From: Desulfobacteraceae bacterium | Lineage (GTDB): Bacteria > Desulfobacterota > Desulfobacteria > Desulfobacterales > JAABTS01 | Direction of reading: 5' to 3' | DNA: 64,000 nt | Assembly (NCBI GenBank): GCA_011389735.1 | Contig: JAABTS010000006.1 | Location: forward strand, 107-64,106 | Shown here: in pieces, positions 18,358-28,909 of the stretch | Position numbering within the stretch: the stretch's first letter is position 1 | Layout of the letters: each line of letters opens with the position of its first letter | Notes under the pieces: model-generated | The model's database searches: none | The model's input: the letters and a program-made list of their open reading frames with translations, nothing else | What the model was told of the DNA's origin: nothing | Program-made: the position numbers and the translations under genes

Positions 18358-19722
18358 ATGTCCAGACAATCTGACCAGGACGCATTCTTGAATAAGATAC
18401 CTCCGCATAATCTGGAGGCTGAAGGATCTTTGCTAAGTGCAATACTGGTTGACAACCGGACGGTGCTGGAGATTATTGAAGTATTGGCTCCGGAAGATTT
18501 TTACAGTTCCGCCAATCAGATTATCTATTCCTCGATGCTCGATCTGTTCTCTCATAATGAACCAATCGATCTGATTACGCTGTCGGATCATCTTCAAAAA
18601 AACGGGAAGTTAGAAAAGGCCGGCGGTAAAGTTTATCTTGCGTCGTTTATGGATTCCATTCCGGCCGCCGTTAACGCGCAATATTACGCCACCATTGTAT
18701 ATGAAAGGGCTTGTTTACGGCGGTTGATTGAAAAAGGAAGCGTGATCATCGGACGTTGCTTCGAAAATCGGGGCAACGTGGATGAAATTATCGATTTCGC
18801 CGAAAGATCCATTTTCGAGATTTCAGAGAGTAAAAACAGATCCACTTTTTCCCCTCTCAGCCGAATAATTGAAAAAAATATTGATATGCTGGAAGAAAGA
18901 CAGGGGAACAGGTCTCTGATTTCAGGCGTCAAATCCTGTTTTACGGAACTCGACAATCTCACCGCCGGCCTTCAAAATTCGGACTTGATTATTTTGGCGG
19001 CTCGGCCTGGTATGGGCAAGACCGCTTTTGCTTTGAATCTCGCGAGGAACGCGGCGATCGAGTCCGGAGTCGCCGTAGCTCTGTTTTCCCTTGAAATGTC
19101 TAAGGAACAGCTTTCATTGAGGCTTTTGTGCGCTGAAGCCAAAGTCGATTCGTCCCGGCTGAGAAGCGGCTATTTCAATCAGGACGACTGGGAAAGACTG
19201 ACGGAAGCGGCCGGAACCTTGTCCGAAGCTCAAATTTTTATTGACGACACCCCGAATGTCTCCGTGCTTGAAATTCGAGCCAAATCCCGACGGCTTAAAA
19301 TGAACAAAGATGTCGGATTAATTATTGTCGATTATATTCAATTGATGAAAGCGGGAGCGGGGCTTGAGCGCAGGGATCTGGAAATTTCCGACATATCGCG
19401 TTCCCTGAAGGCTCTCGCCAAGGAACTCGACCTTCCGGTCATCGGTCTGTCACAATTAAACCGTAAACTTGAAGAACGGAGCGATAAACGCCCTCAATTA
19501 TCAGACCTCAGAGAATCCGGGGCGTTGGAGCAGGATGCGGACGTGGTCGCATTTATTTACCGGGATGAAGTATATAATAAGGATGAAAACAATCCAAACC
19601 GGGGAACAGCCGAAATCATCCTGGCCAAGCAGCGCAACGGCCCTGTAGGAACCGTAAACCTGGCCTTCCTGAATTCCTATACGCGATTTGAAAATCTTGC
19701 CCCGCAATACCTGACCAAATGA
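18358..19722 (+). CDS. dnaB: replicative DNA helicase DnaB
   Basis: The motifs are PPHNLEAEGSLLSAIL and the Walker A AARPGMGKTAFALN. SQLNR and RESGALEQDADVV are also present. Confidence 0.95.
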   Translation: MSRQSDQDAFLNKIPPHNLEAEGSLLSAILVDNRTVLEIIEVLAPEDFYSSANQIIYSSMLDLFSHNEPIDLITLSDHLQKNGKLEKAGGKVYLASFMDSIPAAVNAQYYATIVYERACLRRLIEKGSVIIGRCFENRGNVDEIIDFAERSIFEISESKNRSTFSPLSRIIEKNIDMLEERQGNRSLISGVKSCFTELDNLTAGLQNSDLIILAARPGMGKTAFALNLARNAAIESGVAVALFSLEMSKEQLSLRLLCAEAKVDSSRLRSGYFNQDDWERLTEAAGTLSEAQIFIDDTPNVSVLEIRAKSRRLKMNKDVGLIIVDYIQLMKAGAGLERRDLEISDISRSLKALAKELDLPVIGLSQLNRKLEERSDKRPQLSDLRESGALEQDADVVAFIYRDEVYNKDENNPNRGTAEIILAKQRNGPVGTVNLAFLNSYTRFENLAPQYLTK

Positions 19723-19743
19723 AGCTTTGCCTTCACTGAATTT

Positions 19744-21441
19744 ATGAAAACCATATTCGGAAATACAGACGGCCTTAAACACAGCCAGTTGAAAAGGCTC
19801 CAGAATCTTTATAAACGCCGGATACCTCCGGAATATGTCATTAGCTACGAATTGGCCCGAGATATCAGTTCATTGTCCTGGGAGACCGGCCGACAGGTGG
19901 CCCTTCTGGCGAATCGGGCCGGCAAAATTATTTATGTCATTCTGGGAGACGCAAACGGCGTTGTAATCCCGGATACGCCCGATTACAGGACTCTTCCCGG
20001 CAAATTGAAAGGATTGCGCTGCGTCCATACTCATCTGGATCAAAGCGCTTTATCCAAGGACGATCTAACCGACCTTTCCCTGCTCCGCCTCGACGCCATG
20101 GCGGCGGTCGAGGTAAATAAAAACGGAGGCCCCGGCGATATCCATATGGGGCACATAATGCCCCAACGACCGGCGGAGCCGTCCTATCGAATCTTACCTC
20201 CCATCAACCCTCATGATCTTGATACCGGGTTTCTGGAATTGATTCAAGCCCTGGAATCTGAATTGGATCAAACCGAAAAAAGCGAAAAATTCGATCCGGA
20301 TCGTGAAAGAGCGCTTTTGGTCAGCGTTACGACATTTTCCAGGAAGAAAGCGGAAGAATCGCTTCATGAATTGCAAGATCTTGCGGTTTCGGGCGGTATC
20401 ACCGTTATCGACACCATTTTACAAATCCGAAACAAACCCGACCCCAGATTTTTGATGGGACGCGGCAAGCTGAGGGATATCACATTGGCTGCGCTTGAAA
20501 AGGGGGCTTCGTTAATTATTTTCGATCAGGATCTGAATCCCTCCCAAATTCGTTCCATTACGAATCATGTGGAGTTAAAAATTATCGACCGAACGCAGTT
20601 AATCCTGGACATATTCGCCCAGCGCGCCAGAACTCGTGAAGGTAAGTTACAGGTCGAGCTTGCGCAACTCAAGTATATGCTGCCCCGTCTGGTCGCCAAA
20701 AACACCGCCATGTCCAGGTTGACCGGGGGTATCGGCGGGCGGGGGCCCGGTGAAACAAAGCTGGAAATCAACCGACGCCGCGTTAGGGAACGGATTGCGC
20801 GGTTAGCCAAAGATCTTGCGAAAATCCAAAAACAAAGAAAACAGCAGCGATCCGAGCGGGAAAAAAAAGGTGTGCCTATCGTATCGATTATAGGGTATAC
20901 GAACGCCGGAAAATCCACTTTGTTGAACACCTTGACCAAAAGTGATGTTCTGGCGGAAAGCCGCCTGTTCGCCACATTGGATCCCACCAGCAGAAGGCTC
21001 CGGCTTCCACGGGACAAAGAAATCATTATCACCGATACGGTCGGTTTCATTCGGGACTTGCCCAAGGATCTGATTGTCGCCTTCAGGGCCACACTGGAAG
21101 AACTTGAACAGGCCGATCTCCTTCTTCACGTAATTGATGTTTCAAATCCGAGACGAAACGATCAGATTCAATCGGTGGAAAGAATTCTTTCAGATCTCGA
21201 TTTGGACCACATTCCGATGATCCGAGTACTGAACAAGCAGGATATCTTGTCAGAAGAAACGGTTCAAATCCTGTCTGATCGATATGAAGGCGTTGCGGTA
21301 AGCGCCATAAAAAGGAAATCGCTCATTCCCCTGGTGGAACGAATCGAAGGCTCCCTTTTTTTAAGTGGATCTTCATCGGAATCGCCTTATGAAAATGATT
21401 CGGAAGGCAAACGCCAAAACGATGAGCCGGATTTGAGATAG
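19744..21441 (+). CDS. hflX: GTPase HflX with an N-terminal extension of about 180 aa
   Basis: The HflX N-domain (ERALLVSV...) starts near residue 188. The GTPase motifs are G1 GYTNAGKST, G3 DTVGF and G4 NKQD. Confidence 0.9.
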   Translation: MKTIFGNTDGLKHSQLKRLQNLYKRRIPPEYVISYELARDISSLSWETGRQVALLANRAGKIIYVILGDANGVVIPDTPDYRTLPGKLKGLRCVHTHLDQSALSKDDLTDLSLLRLDAMAAVEVNKNGGPGDIHMGHIMPQRPAEPSYRILPPINPHDLDTGFLELIQALESELDQTEKSEKFDPDRERALLVSVTTFSRKKAEESLHELQDLAVSGGITVIDTILQIRNKPDPRFLMGRGKLRDITLAALEKGASLIIFDQDLNPSQIRSITNHVELKIIDRTQLILDIFAQRARTREGKLQVELAQLKYMLPRLVAKNTAMSRLTGGIGGRGPGETKLEINRRRVRERIARLAKDLAKIQKQRKQQRSEREKKGVPIVSIIGYTNAGKSTLLNTLTKSDVLAESRLFATLDPTSRRLRLPRDKEIIITDTVGFIRDLPKDLIVAFRATLEELEQADLLLHVIDVSNPRRNDQIQSVERILSDLDLDHIPMIRVLNKQDILSEETVQILSDRYEGVAVSAIKRKSLIPLVERIEGSLFLSGSSSESPYENDSEGKRQNDEPDLR

Positions 21442-21673
21442 GAACTCAAACGCTATGCTTCGCATTGTCAATATAAATTTTTTAAAAGAGGTAATTTGAT
21501 CAAACCCTGAACCGCCGTTTTGATATTTTTTGAATGGAAAGCGGATTAAAAAACAATCCCCCGTATCGACGGCCGATTTATCCCCTCGGCGTCCTTTTGA
21601 ACCATCTCAATAAAAACTATACGTCCGGAATGGGTTGACAACTCCGGTGAAATCCATATACATTAAGCACAAC

Positions 21674-22453
21674 ATGAATTTAAACGACATTCGAAATATC
21701 GGGCTGGCCGCCGCCTACCGGGGTGGAGATGTTCTGCTTTCCTATTTTGGAAAAATTCGCGACGTCGGAAAAAAAGGAGTCATTGATCTTATAACGGTGG
21801 CCGATATCGAATCTGAAAAAGCGGTTATCGATATTATTCACGGCAAATATCCTGATCATTCAATTATCGCCGAAGAAAGCGGAACCATATCCGGAGATCC
21901 CAATCATCGGTGGATCATAGATCCGCTGGACGGAACCACAAACTTCGCTCATGGATTAGGCTGTTTCGCGGTGTCGATTGCTTTTTATCACTATTTAAAA
22001 CCCTGCGCCGGGATCGTGTTCAACCCTTTATCACAGGAGCTGTTCATAGGAATTTCAGGAGAAGGCTCTTTTTTGAACGGACGGCCGATTCATGTGTCGT
22101 CATGTGATAAAGCGGCTGAAAGTCTTCTTGTGACCGGATTTCCGTATACTTTGCATAGAGACGTGGAATCTCTGATGAAAAGGTTTACGGCCTGCCTGAC
22201 GCACGCTCAAGGGGTAAGAAGACTCGGTTCCGCTGCGCTTGATTTATGTTACCTGGCTTGCGGAAGATTCGACGGGTTTTGGGAAGAGAACCTGAAGCCT
22301 TGGGATACTGCCGCGGGATCGATAATCGCAAGGGAATCCGGAGCCCGGTTGACCGATTTTTCAAATCAGCCGTATTCTGTCGATAAAAAAGAAATACTGG
22401 CTACGAACGGCCGAATTCATAATGAAATACTTTCGATACTGGAGGTTGAATAA
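21674..22453 (+). CDS. suhB: inositol monophosphatase family protein (SuhB-like)
   Basis: The motifs are IIAEESG, WIIDPLDGTTNF and WDTAAG. The ATG at 21674 is preferred over the track's TTG at 21635. Confidence 0.85.
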   Translation: MNLNDIRNIGLAAAYRGGDVLLSYFGKIRDVGKKGVIDLITVADIESEKAVIDIIHGKYPDHSIIAEESGTISGDPNHRWIIDPLDGTTNFAHGLGCFAVSIAFYHYLKPCAGIVFNPLSQELFIGISGEGSFLNGRPIHVSSCDKAAESLLVTGFPYTLHRDVESLMKRFTACLTHAQGVRRLGSAALDLCYLACGRFDGFWEENLKPWDTAAGSIIARESGARLTDFSNQPYSVDKKEILATNGRIHNEILSILEVE

Positions 22454-22759
22454 CAGCGGAATGAAAAAAGAAAACAGGAGAACCAACCCTTTGGACGACT
22501 ATCTGAGATGTTTTGGCGATTTTAATGCGAAAGACAAGATATGCAGAAAATACTGCGCGTTGAATTTGCGCTGTGTTATCGAAAAAGACCAGACGGTTCA
22601 AATGGAAATATTCGAAGATATCATGTTTGGAAACGAAATACCCATGAAAATGAATTGACGAATTTGAATCAGAAAAACCGCCTGCGACGAGCGGCTTTCC
22701 ATTCCATGGGAATAAAAATTATGTATAGGTCTTCAGATATTTTATTGCATAAGGATACA

Positions 22760-22832
22760 GGGAGGAGATAACACAAGTCTCGTATATCTCCGACCGATAA
22801 CGCCCTGAAATTCGATATCTGAAAGGCTATAG
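22760..22832 (+). repeat. partial tier-1 element (B-arm plus degenerate centre)
   Basis: The sequence runs cgtatatctccgaccgataacgccctgaaattcgatatctgaaaggctatag. Confidence 0.55.
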
Positions 22833-22874
22833 CGCCGGCAACTCACGGGAATCGGAGATCACAACTCCGATCCC

Positions 22875-24239
22875 CTAAAAATTCCCGGATTTTAATTTAC
22901 CGGCCAAAAATTCAATCTGTTTTTGAACTTTCACATCTTCCTTCATTCCTTTCTCAATCGCTCCCACGGACCTTATAGCGGTCGCATGATACCGGTTGAA
23001 ACTTTTACCAATGGCCTGGAGTGTTTGATCTGTGAATCGTCTGGACAGATACATGGCGATTTGTCGCGGAAACACAATTTTTTGTTTTCGTGATTTAGAG
23101 GTAATCTCGTCTTCGGTGATCCGGTAATGAGTGCAAACCAGCTTTTTAATTGCTTGAATGGTGACCGTCTTCTTGGTATTGGCGATATTGCTCACTACGC
23201 TTTGCGCTAAATCCAGGTCAATGGGGGTTCCCAGCAAGGACGATTTCGCTGTCACGCCGATCAGCCCGCTTTCGAGTTGCCTGATATTTTCAGTCAGCTC
23301 ACCGGCCAAAAATTCGGTAATCTCTCCGGGAATAACATATCCAAAATCTTTCGCTTTCTTCCTTAAAATACGAACTCGTGTCTCAAAATCGGGCGGATCG
23401 ATACTCGGAATAAGCCCACAAGACAATCGCGATTTTAATTGTTCGTTCATTTTCGGAATATCCGCCGGCAGATAGCAGCTTGTAAAAATGATCTTTTTAT
23501 CGGAATCAAAGAGGTAATCCAATGAAAGCGCAAGCTCCACCTGTGTCCGGTCTTTTCCAGTCAGAAAATGAATATCCTCCAATATCAATACATCGCAATT
23601 GGTTCGATATTTTTCTTTGAACGAATTCATGGAATCGTTTCGGATAGCGTGAATCATTTCATTGGTAAAGTCTTCCGCCGTCACGTAATACACGCTGTCT
23701 GTGGGATGTTGAGCCATAACATGGTGCCCGATCGCCTGCGACAAATGGCTCTTTCCCATGCCCGTTCTTGACAATAGAAAAAGGGAATTTTGATGGAGAC
23801 CCTTTCTCGACGCCAGGGAAAGCGACGCCGAATAGGCAAAATCATTGTTGAGCCCCACTACAAAACGGTCAAACGTAAAATTCTTTCTCAATAAACGATT
23901 GCCGGCTGTATAAACATTGATATTCGGCAAGCCCATTTGGCGATTGACCGGTAAATCGGCTTTCGCCTTGGTTACCTTCTTTTCGGAAATTTCCAAAGCC
24001 AGCTTACACTTTTTACCGGTCGCTTGAAGGATTAACGCCTCGATTTGCGGAGTATAATGATCCTGCACCCGTTTTCTCGAAAAAAAATTCGGGCATGTGA
24101 TCACCACCCGATCGTCTTCACACGTCTGAAACTTCAAAGGGTCAATCCACATCCGGTAACTGTGCCCTGGTATCTGTTTCTTAATTTCAGTTTTAATTTC
24201 GTCCCAAATTTTTTCCATTACATACCCGATCCATCTCAA
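22875..24239 (-). CDS. dnaA: chromosomal replication initiator DnaA
   Basis: It has the AAA+ motif LLSRTGMGKSHLSQAIGH. The C-terminal DNA-binding helix region is RQIAMYLSRRFTDQTLQAIGKSFNRYHATAIRSV. An alternative start is the Met at 24218. Confidence 0.93.
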   Translation of the reverse strand: MRWIGYVMEKIWDEIKTEIKKQIPGHSYRMWIDPLKFQTCEDDRVVITCPNFFSRKRVQDHYTPQIEALILQATGKKCKLALEISEKKVTKAKADLPVNRQMGLPNINVYTAGNRLLRKNFTFDRFVVGLNNDFAYSASLSLASRKGLHQNSLFLLSRTGMGKSHLSQAIGHHVMAQHPTDSVYYVTAEDFTNEMIHAIRNDSMNSFKEKYRTNCDVLILEDIHFLTGKDRTQVELALSLDYLFDSDKKIIFTSCYLPADIPKMNEQLKSRLSCGLIPSIDPPDFETRVRILRKKAKDFGYVIPGEITEFLAGELTENIRQLESGLIGVTAKSSLLGTPIDLDLAQSVVSNIANTKKTVTIQAIKKLVCTHYRITEDEITSKSRKQKIVFPRQIAMYLSRRFTDQTLQAIGKSFNRYHATAIRSVGAIEKGMKEDVKVQKQIEFLAGKLKSGNF

Positions 24240-24374
24240 ATTGTTGAAATAGCAAAACAGATTCTACCATAATCTTCTTTTTTCAGGGATTATCAAGATT
24301 TGTTGTCGTCGCCGATAGTATGACCGCTCTTTTAATCCATTTTTCATTCACAGTCAAATTCGATCATTTCCGTT

Positions 24375-24652
24375 TTATGCACAGTTTTAAATTCAATTGT
24401 AACATTCGCCAACATACTGTTTTAATAGCTAAATTCGTGTACTGAAATCGAATTCCCAATAACAGCGACCATCTTGCGACGAACTTTTTGTATAAGGATT
24501 TTAAATATATCCGAACTACGGTCAAAAATGTGAACAATTTCAAAAAGAGCAAAAGCTACGAATTTCTTCTATTATCTATGATTTTCAAAATCGCTAAGGA
24601 TCATACATCGGATATGAATTGAACATGTTATGCACAGCATAATGTGCGTAAT
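24375..24652. promoter_or_regulatory. DnaA-box-like 9-mers in the AT-rich dnaA-uvrA spacer (candidate oriC / dnaA autoregulatory region)
   Basis: TTATGCACA occurs at 24375-24383 and at 24628-24636, each one mismatch from TTATCCACA. An inverted TGTGCGTAA lies at 24643-24651, and AT-rich tracts flank these sites. Confidence 0.35.
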
Positions 24653-24655
24653 TTT

Positions 24656-24766
24656 TATTGCCTTCCGGAAATCTAATTCTACTGTGTTGTATGCCGGGGA
24701 TATAAGAATAATATTATGATTCCAGAACCGCCGCCTTGGGAATTTAATTACTGAAAACATATATAG
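24656..24766 (-). repeat. tier-1 palindromic element, full length
   Basis: The sequence runs tattgccttccggaaatctaattctactgtgttgtatgccgggga...ccttgggaatttaattactgaaaacatatatag. Confidence 0.75.
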
Positions 24767-24873
24767 AGCCGTCGAAACCGATCTTTTGGAATTTGACAAG
24801 TATCCCTGATGTGGTATTTTCCCATTTGAATTTAATCAGGGCTGATTTTCGAGAGTGTTTGGAAAAAAATGAA

Positions 24874-27699
24874 ATGAATGTGCAAATGATCAAAATTCGA
24901 GGGGCGAGGCAGCATAATCTGAAAAATATCGATGTGGATATTCCAAGGAACAAGCTGGTGGTCATTACAGGGCTATCCGGTTCCGGGAAATCGACATTGG
25001 CGTTTGATACGCTGTATGCTGAAGGCCGCAGGCGGTATGTGGAATCGCTGTCGGTTTACGCCCGGCAATTTTTGGAGCGAATGGAAAAACCGGAAGTCGA
25101 TTTGATCGAGGGGTTGTCGCCCGCCATTGCCGTTGAACAGAAGGCCGCCGCTCATAATCCGCGTTCCACCGTCGGAACGGTCACCGAAATTTTCGATTAT
25201 ATCCGGCTGCTTTACGCCCGAATCGGCGTTCCTCACTGTTATATATGCGGGAAACCTATTACGCCGGAAAGTATAGATCAACTGATTGATCGTGTTATGG
25301 CGTTGGAGGAAAAAACCAAAATCGTGATTCTGTCTCCAGTGGTTAAAAACAGAAAAGGATCGCATGAAGCGGTTTTAAATAAGCTTAAAAAGGAAGGGTT
25401 TTCCCGAGTCCGAATTGATAGCGAAATCAGGGAAATTGAAAACGCCGGGAAATTGAAAAAAGAGAAAGCTCACACGATCGATGTGGTTATCGACCGGTTA
25501 ATCATGAAAAACGGGATTCGAAACCGGTTGGCGGATTCTCTTGAGCTTGCGCTGTCTCAATCCGAAGGCTTGGTGGAAATACATATTCCGGGCGGCGAGT
25601 CGTTTTTGTTCGCTGAAAAAGCGAGCTGTATAGCCTGCGGTGTAAGCTATCCGGAATTCAAACCGGCTCATTTTTCCTTCAATTCCCCGGAAGGCGCATG
25701 TCCTAAATGTGATGGAATGGGAACAATCCGGAAATTGGATCCGGATTTAATCGTTCCTGACCGGAATCTTTCGTTAAGAGAAGGCGCGGTGGTTCCCTGG
25801 GCCAAAAAAAAATCCCTCCATTTTTTGGAATTTCTGGATTCTCTGGCCGGTCATTACGGCGTTGATATTTATACTCCGTTTAAGGAACTGCCTGATCATT
25901 TCAAGCATGTGCTTTTTTACGGTTCCGGGGCTGAAAATCTCCGGCTGCCCGTTATGGATAAATCCGGCGAATCCATCAAAAATGCGCCTTTTGAAGGCGT
26001 CATAAAACAGCTTGAAAGATTTTTGTCTGAAATGGATAGTGATCATGCCGGAAAAGAATTTCAGCGCTATATGTCGTATCAGCCATGTCCGGAATGTCAT
26101 GGGGCAAGGCTGAATGTCGCCTCGAGATCCGTAAAGATAAACGGCCGTTCCATTCCGGAAGTGGCTTCCATGCCTATACCGGCCTGTCGCACATTTTTTC
26201 AAACAATAGAAGCTACATTATCCCATAAAGACAGTCTCATCGCAAAAAAAATCACAAGTGAGATCCAGGACCGAATCCGTTTTCTTGAAAACGTCGGCCT
26301 TAGTTATCTTACTATCGACAGATCCGCTGCAACGCTGTCCGGCGGTGAGAGCCAGAGGATCAGGCTGGCCACTCAAATCGGATCGAAATTGACAGGCGTT
26401 CTCTATGTCCTGGACGAACCGAGTATCGGCCTGCATCAGCGTGATAACCGCCTTCTATTATCCGCGCTTTTTACCATGAGGGATTTTGGAAATACGATTC
26501 TGGTTGTGGAACATGATGAAGAAACCATCCTGGAAGCCGACCATATCCTCGATTTAGGTCCTGGGGCAGGGGTGAAGGGGGGAGAAATCGTCTTTTCGGG
26601 TACGGCCGGGCGACTTCTGGAATGTCAGGAGTCGCTGACGGGCCAATACCTGTCCGGGGCCAAACGAATCGAGATTCCCCATCGGCGGCGGCCCGCCTGC
26701 GGTTTGCATCTGGCGGTTGAAGGCGCCGGAGCCAATAACCTCAAAAACATCGATGTCGCCTTCCCTCTGGGCTGTTTTATTTGCGTCACCGGTGTATCCG
26801 GTTCCGGGAAATCTTCCCTTGTCATTGAAACTTTGTATAAAATATTGATGCGGAAAAAATATCGATCTCATCACCCCTCCGGTGAGTGCAAGAAAATCGC
26901 GGGCATTGAACATATCGATAAAGTGATCCATATCGATCAGTCACCGATCGGGAAAACCCCTCGATCCAATCCGGGCACCTACACAGGTCTTTTTTCAAAC
27001 GTTCGAGAGATTTTTGCTAAAACTCCCGAGGCGAGGGTTCGGGGGTATAAATCCGGGCGTTTCAGCTTTAATATGAAAGGCGGGCGGTGTGAAGCGTGCA
27101 AAGGGGATGGGATGATTAAAATCGAGATGCATTTTCTGCCCGATATTTATGTTCCATGCGATGTTTGTAAAGGGGCCCGTTATAATCGGGAAACTCTGGA
27201 AATCAAATATCGAGGGAAGAATATCGTGGATGTTTTGGATATGACAATCAATCAAGCCATACCGTTTTTCGAAAAAATTGCTGCAATTCGAATAAAATTG
27301 GAAACCCTCGCTTATGTCGGATTGGGATATATAAAAATCGGCCAGCCGGGTACGACATTGTCCGGAGGGGAAGCGCAACGGGTTAAACTGGCAAGGGAAC
27401 TGAGCAAAAAAGGGACGGGGTCCACCTTATATATATTGGACGAACCGACCACGGGACTTCATATCGAAGATGTGAAAAAGCTCCTAGATGTCCTTGATAA
27501 GCTTGTTGATTTGGGCAATACCGTCGTTGTGATCGAGCATAATCTGGACGTGATAAAATGCGCTGATTACATTATCGATTTAGGGCCGGAAGGCGGTGAA
27601 GACGGCGGGTATGTGGTAGGAGTGGGAACTCCGGAAGAAATTGCGCGTAACGAACAATCTTACACGGGCCGGTTTCTGAAAAAACGATTGGCCCTTTAG
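24874..27699 (+). CDS. uvrA: excinuclease ABC subunit A
   Basis: The sequence begins [24 protein letters not shown]...[14 protein letters not shown]. It has a second ABC module ([11 protein letters not shown]) and zinc-finger Cys clusters. The ATG at 24874 is preferred over the track start. Confidence 0.95.
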   Translation: MNVQMIKIRGARQHNLKNIDVDIPRNKLVVITGLSGSGKSTLAFDTLYAEGRRRYVESLSVYARQFLERMEKPEVDLIEGLSPAIAVEQKAAAHNPRSTVGTVTEIFDYIRLLYARIGVPHCYICGKPITPESIDQLIDRVMALEEKTKIVILSPVVKNRKGSHEAVLNKLKKEGFSRVRIDSEIREIENAGKLKKEKAHTIDVVIDRLIMKNGIRNRLADSLELALSQSEGLVEIHIPGGESFLFAEKASCIACGVSYPEFKPAHFSFNSPEGACPKCDGMGTIRKLDPDLIVPDRNLSLREGAVVPWAKKKSLHFLEFLDSLAGHYGVDIYTPFKELPDHFKHVLFYGSGAENLRLPVMDKSGESIKNAPFEGVIKQLERFLSEMDSDHAGKEFQRYMSYQPCPECHGARLNVASRSVKINGRSIPEVASMPIPACRTFFQTIEATLSHKDSLIAKKITSEIQDRIRFLENVGLSYLTIDRSAATLSGGESQRIRLATQIGSKLTGVLYVLDEPSIGLHQRDNRLLLSALFTMRDFGNTILVVEHDEETILEADHILDLGPGAGVKGGEIVFSGTAGRLLECQESLTGQYLSGAKRIEIPHRRRPACGLHLAVEGAGANNLKNIDVAFPLGCFICVTGVSGSGKSSLVIETLYKILMRKKYRSHHPSGECKKIAGIEHIDKVIHIDQSPIGKTPRSNPGTYTGLFSNVREIFAKTPEARVRGYKSGRFSFNMKGGRCEACKGDGMIKIEMHFLPDIYVPCDVCKGARYNRETLEIKYRGKNIVDVLDMTINQAIPFFEKIAAIRIKLETLAYVGLGYIKIGQPGTTLSGGEAQRVKLARELSKKGTGSTLYILDEPTTGLHIEDVKKLLDVLDKLVDLGNTVVVIEHNLDVIKCADYIIDLGPEGGEDGGYVVGVGTPEEIARNEQSYTGRFLKKRLAL

Positions 27700-27702
27700 T
27701 CG

Positions 27703-27775
27703 CCTGGTGTGACAACGGAAAATATCGAAGCCATATATACTCTTTCAGAAATTAATTTCTGAAAACCTGAAGCGG
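27703..27775. repeat. partial/minimal tier-1 element
   Basis: gtgtgacaacggaaaatatcgaagccatata is followed by tttcagaaattaatttctgaaaacctgaag, in which the two terminal arms are fused. Confidence 0.5.
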
Positions 27776-27809
27776 GCCGCCCGAAAAAAGCATTTTTCAA
27801 AAATAGAAA

Positions 27810-27850
27810 GGCCCTGTGTGACCGAAAAGTCTCACAGGGCCTGTTTTTTT
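27810..27850 (+). terminator. Rho-independent terminator after uvrA (shared with convergent atpE)
   Basis: ggccctgtgtgac-cgaaaa-gtctcacagggcc forms 12 of 13 possible base pairs and is followed by tgttttttt. An A-rich tract upstream could serve the opposite strand. Confidence 0.8.
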
Positions 27851-27867
27851 GGAATTATACCGACTTT

Positions 27868-28149
27868 TTAATGAGCGAATAGCGCTGCGATTGCGTCGGC
27901 TTGCGGATGTCCATAAATAAGAAGCAACGAAATAACCAGTGCATAAATACACAGAGACTCGATCATAGCCAGACCGATCAGCATGGTCACCGTTACTTTT
28001 CCGGAAGATTCCGGATTTCTCGCAATACCTTCAACTGCTGATCTCAGGCCGATACCTTGAGCTATACCACAACCAAACGCTGCGATGGCGATACCGAAAC
28101 CTGCTGCTACTGCGGAATAAACAAAGAACTGTAATGCCTGTGCTTCCAT
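27868..28149 (-). CDS. atpE: F0 ATP synthase subunit c
   Basis: This 93-aa two-helix proteolipid contains GIAQGIGLRSAVEGIARNPE and LAMIESLCIYALV. Confidence 0.92.
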   Translation of the reverse strand: MEAQALQFFVYSAVAAGFGIAIAAFGCGIAQGIGLRSAVEGIARNPESSGKVTVTMLIGLAMIESLCIYALVISLLLIYGHPQADAIAALFAH

Positions 28150-28218
28150 AATTACCTCTACCTCCTTAAATTAGTTAATATATATGGCTTCTTCCATTCA
28201 CACTGCGTAAATGAAAAA

Positions 28219-28908
28219 CTAATGAGCGTGTTCCAACGACCCTTGAAAGTAAATAATCGAAAGAAGAAAAAATACAAAAGCCTGAACGAGCGCGACAAAT
28301 ATTCCCATAACCATGATCGGTAACGGCGCCAAAAAGGCTCCCGCCAGCATGAACAAAATCGCCAGAACGGTTTCATGACCCATCATGTTTCCAAAAAGAC
28401 GGAAAGACAATGACAAGATTCGGGCAAAATGCCCAATGAGTTCAATCAAAAATATCAGGGGAGCCATCCACCATACCGGGCCCAAAAAATGTTTGATATA
28501 CTTGGCGCCGTGATATTTAATGCCGATATAATGGGTGAACACGAACACCACGATCGCGCATGATGCGGTGGTGTTCAGGTTGGCGGTGGGCGGAAAAAAG
28601 CCTGGAACCAATCCAACCAAATTGGAGATGAAAATATAAATGAAGATGGTCGCCACAAGCGGAAAGACCCATCTTCCTTCTTCCCCGATAAATTCGACCA
28701 TGAAATCTTCCATCCCGCCGACAATAAGCTCAAACACATTCTGCGCCTTTTCAGGAATCATCGATATTTTCTTGGTCGCTAAATATCCGGCGCCGATCAG
28801 CAGGATCATGACCACCCATGAATAGATAATGTGCGGATATGTGTGTGCGAAATGATCAAGGCCCACAACTTCAAACAATTTGACGAAAAATAGATAGGGA
28901 TGTTCCAC
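28219..28908 (-). CDS. atpB: F0 ATP synthase subunit a
   Basis: It contains LSLSFRLFGNMMGHE, the conserved Arg helix. The GTG at 28906-28908 follows AGGAGG and the atpI stop, so it is preferred over the track start at 28977. Confidence 0.9.
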   Translation of the reverse strand: MEHPYLFFVKLFEVVGLDHFAHTYPHIIYSWVVMILLIGAGYLATKKISMIPEKAQNVFELIVGGMEDFMVEFIGEEGRWVFPLVATIFIYIFISNLVGLVPGFFPPTANLNTTASCAIVVFVFTHYIGIKYHGAKYIKHFLGPVWWMAPLIFLIELIGHFARILSLSFRLFGNMMGHETVLAILFMLAGAFLAPLPIMVMGIFVALVQAFVFFLLSIIYFQGSLEHAH

Positions 28909-28909
28909 C

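Noticed and set aside
22422-22658. Small Cys-containing ORF (..DDYLRCFGDFNAKDKICRKYCALNLRC..) between the suhB-like gene and dnaA
   Set aside because: It might be a real small protein. The listed start overlaps the IMPase 3' end, the internal Met (22461) lacks a well-spaced SD, and I recognise no family. It is left uncalled; conservation or Ribo-seq could rescue it.
22843-22875. Hairpin gggaatcggag-atcacaa-ctccgatcccc right after the dnaA stop, considered as a terminator
   Set aside because: The stem is reasonable, with 10 of 11 positions paired. No U-tract follows on the dnaA strand, so an intrinsic terminator cannot be supported.
24793-24873. Long N-terminal extensions in the ORF track for uvrA (24793), nrdD (51805), nqrB (44876), nqrC (43633), atpB (28977), proC (55850), pilT2 (58283), PEPCK (33624) and the zinc-ribbon protein (59573)
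   Set aside because: In each case an internal start with a good SD and/or tight coupling to the upstream stop gives the canonical N-terminus. Several of the extensions run into repeats or operator sequence.
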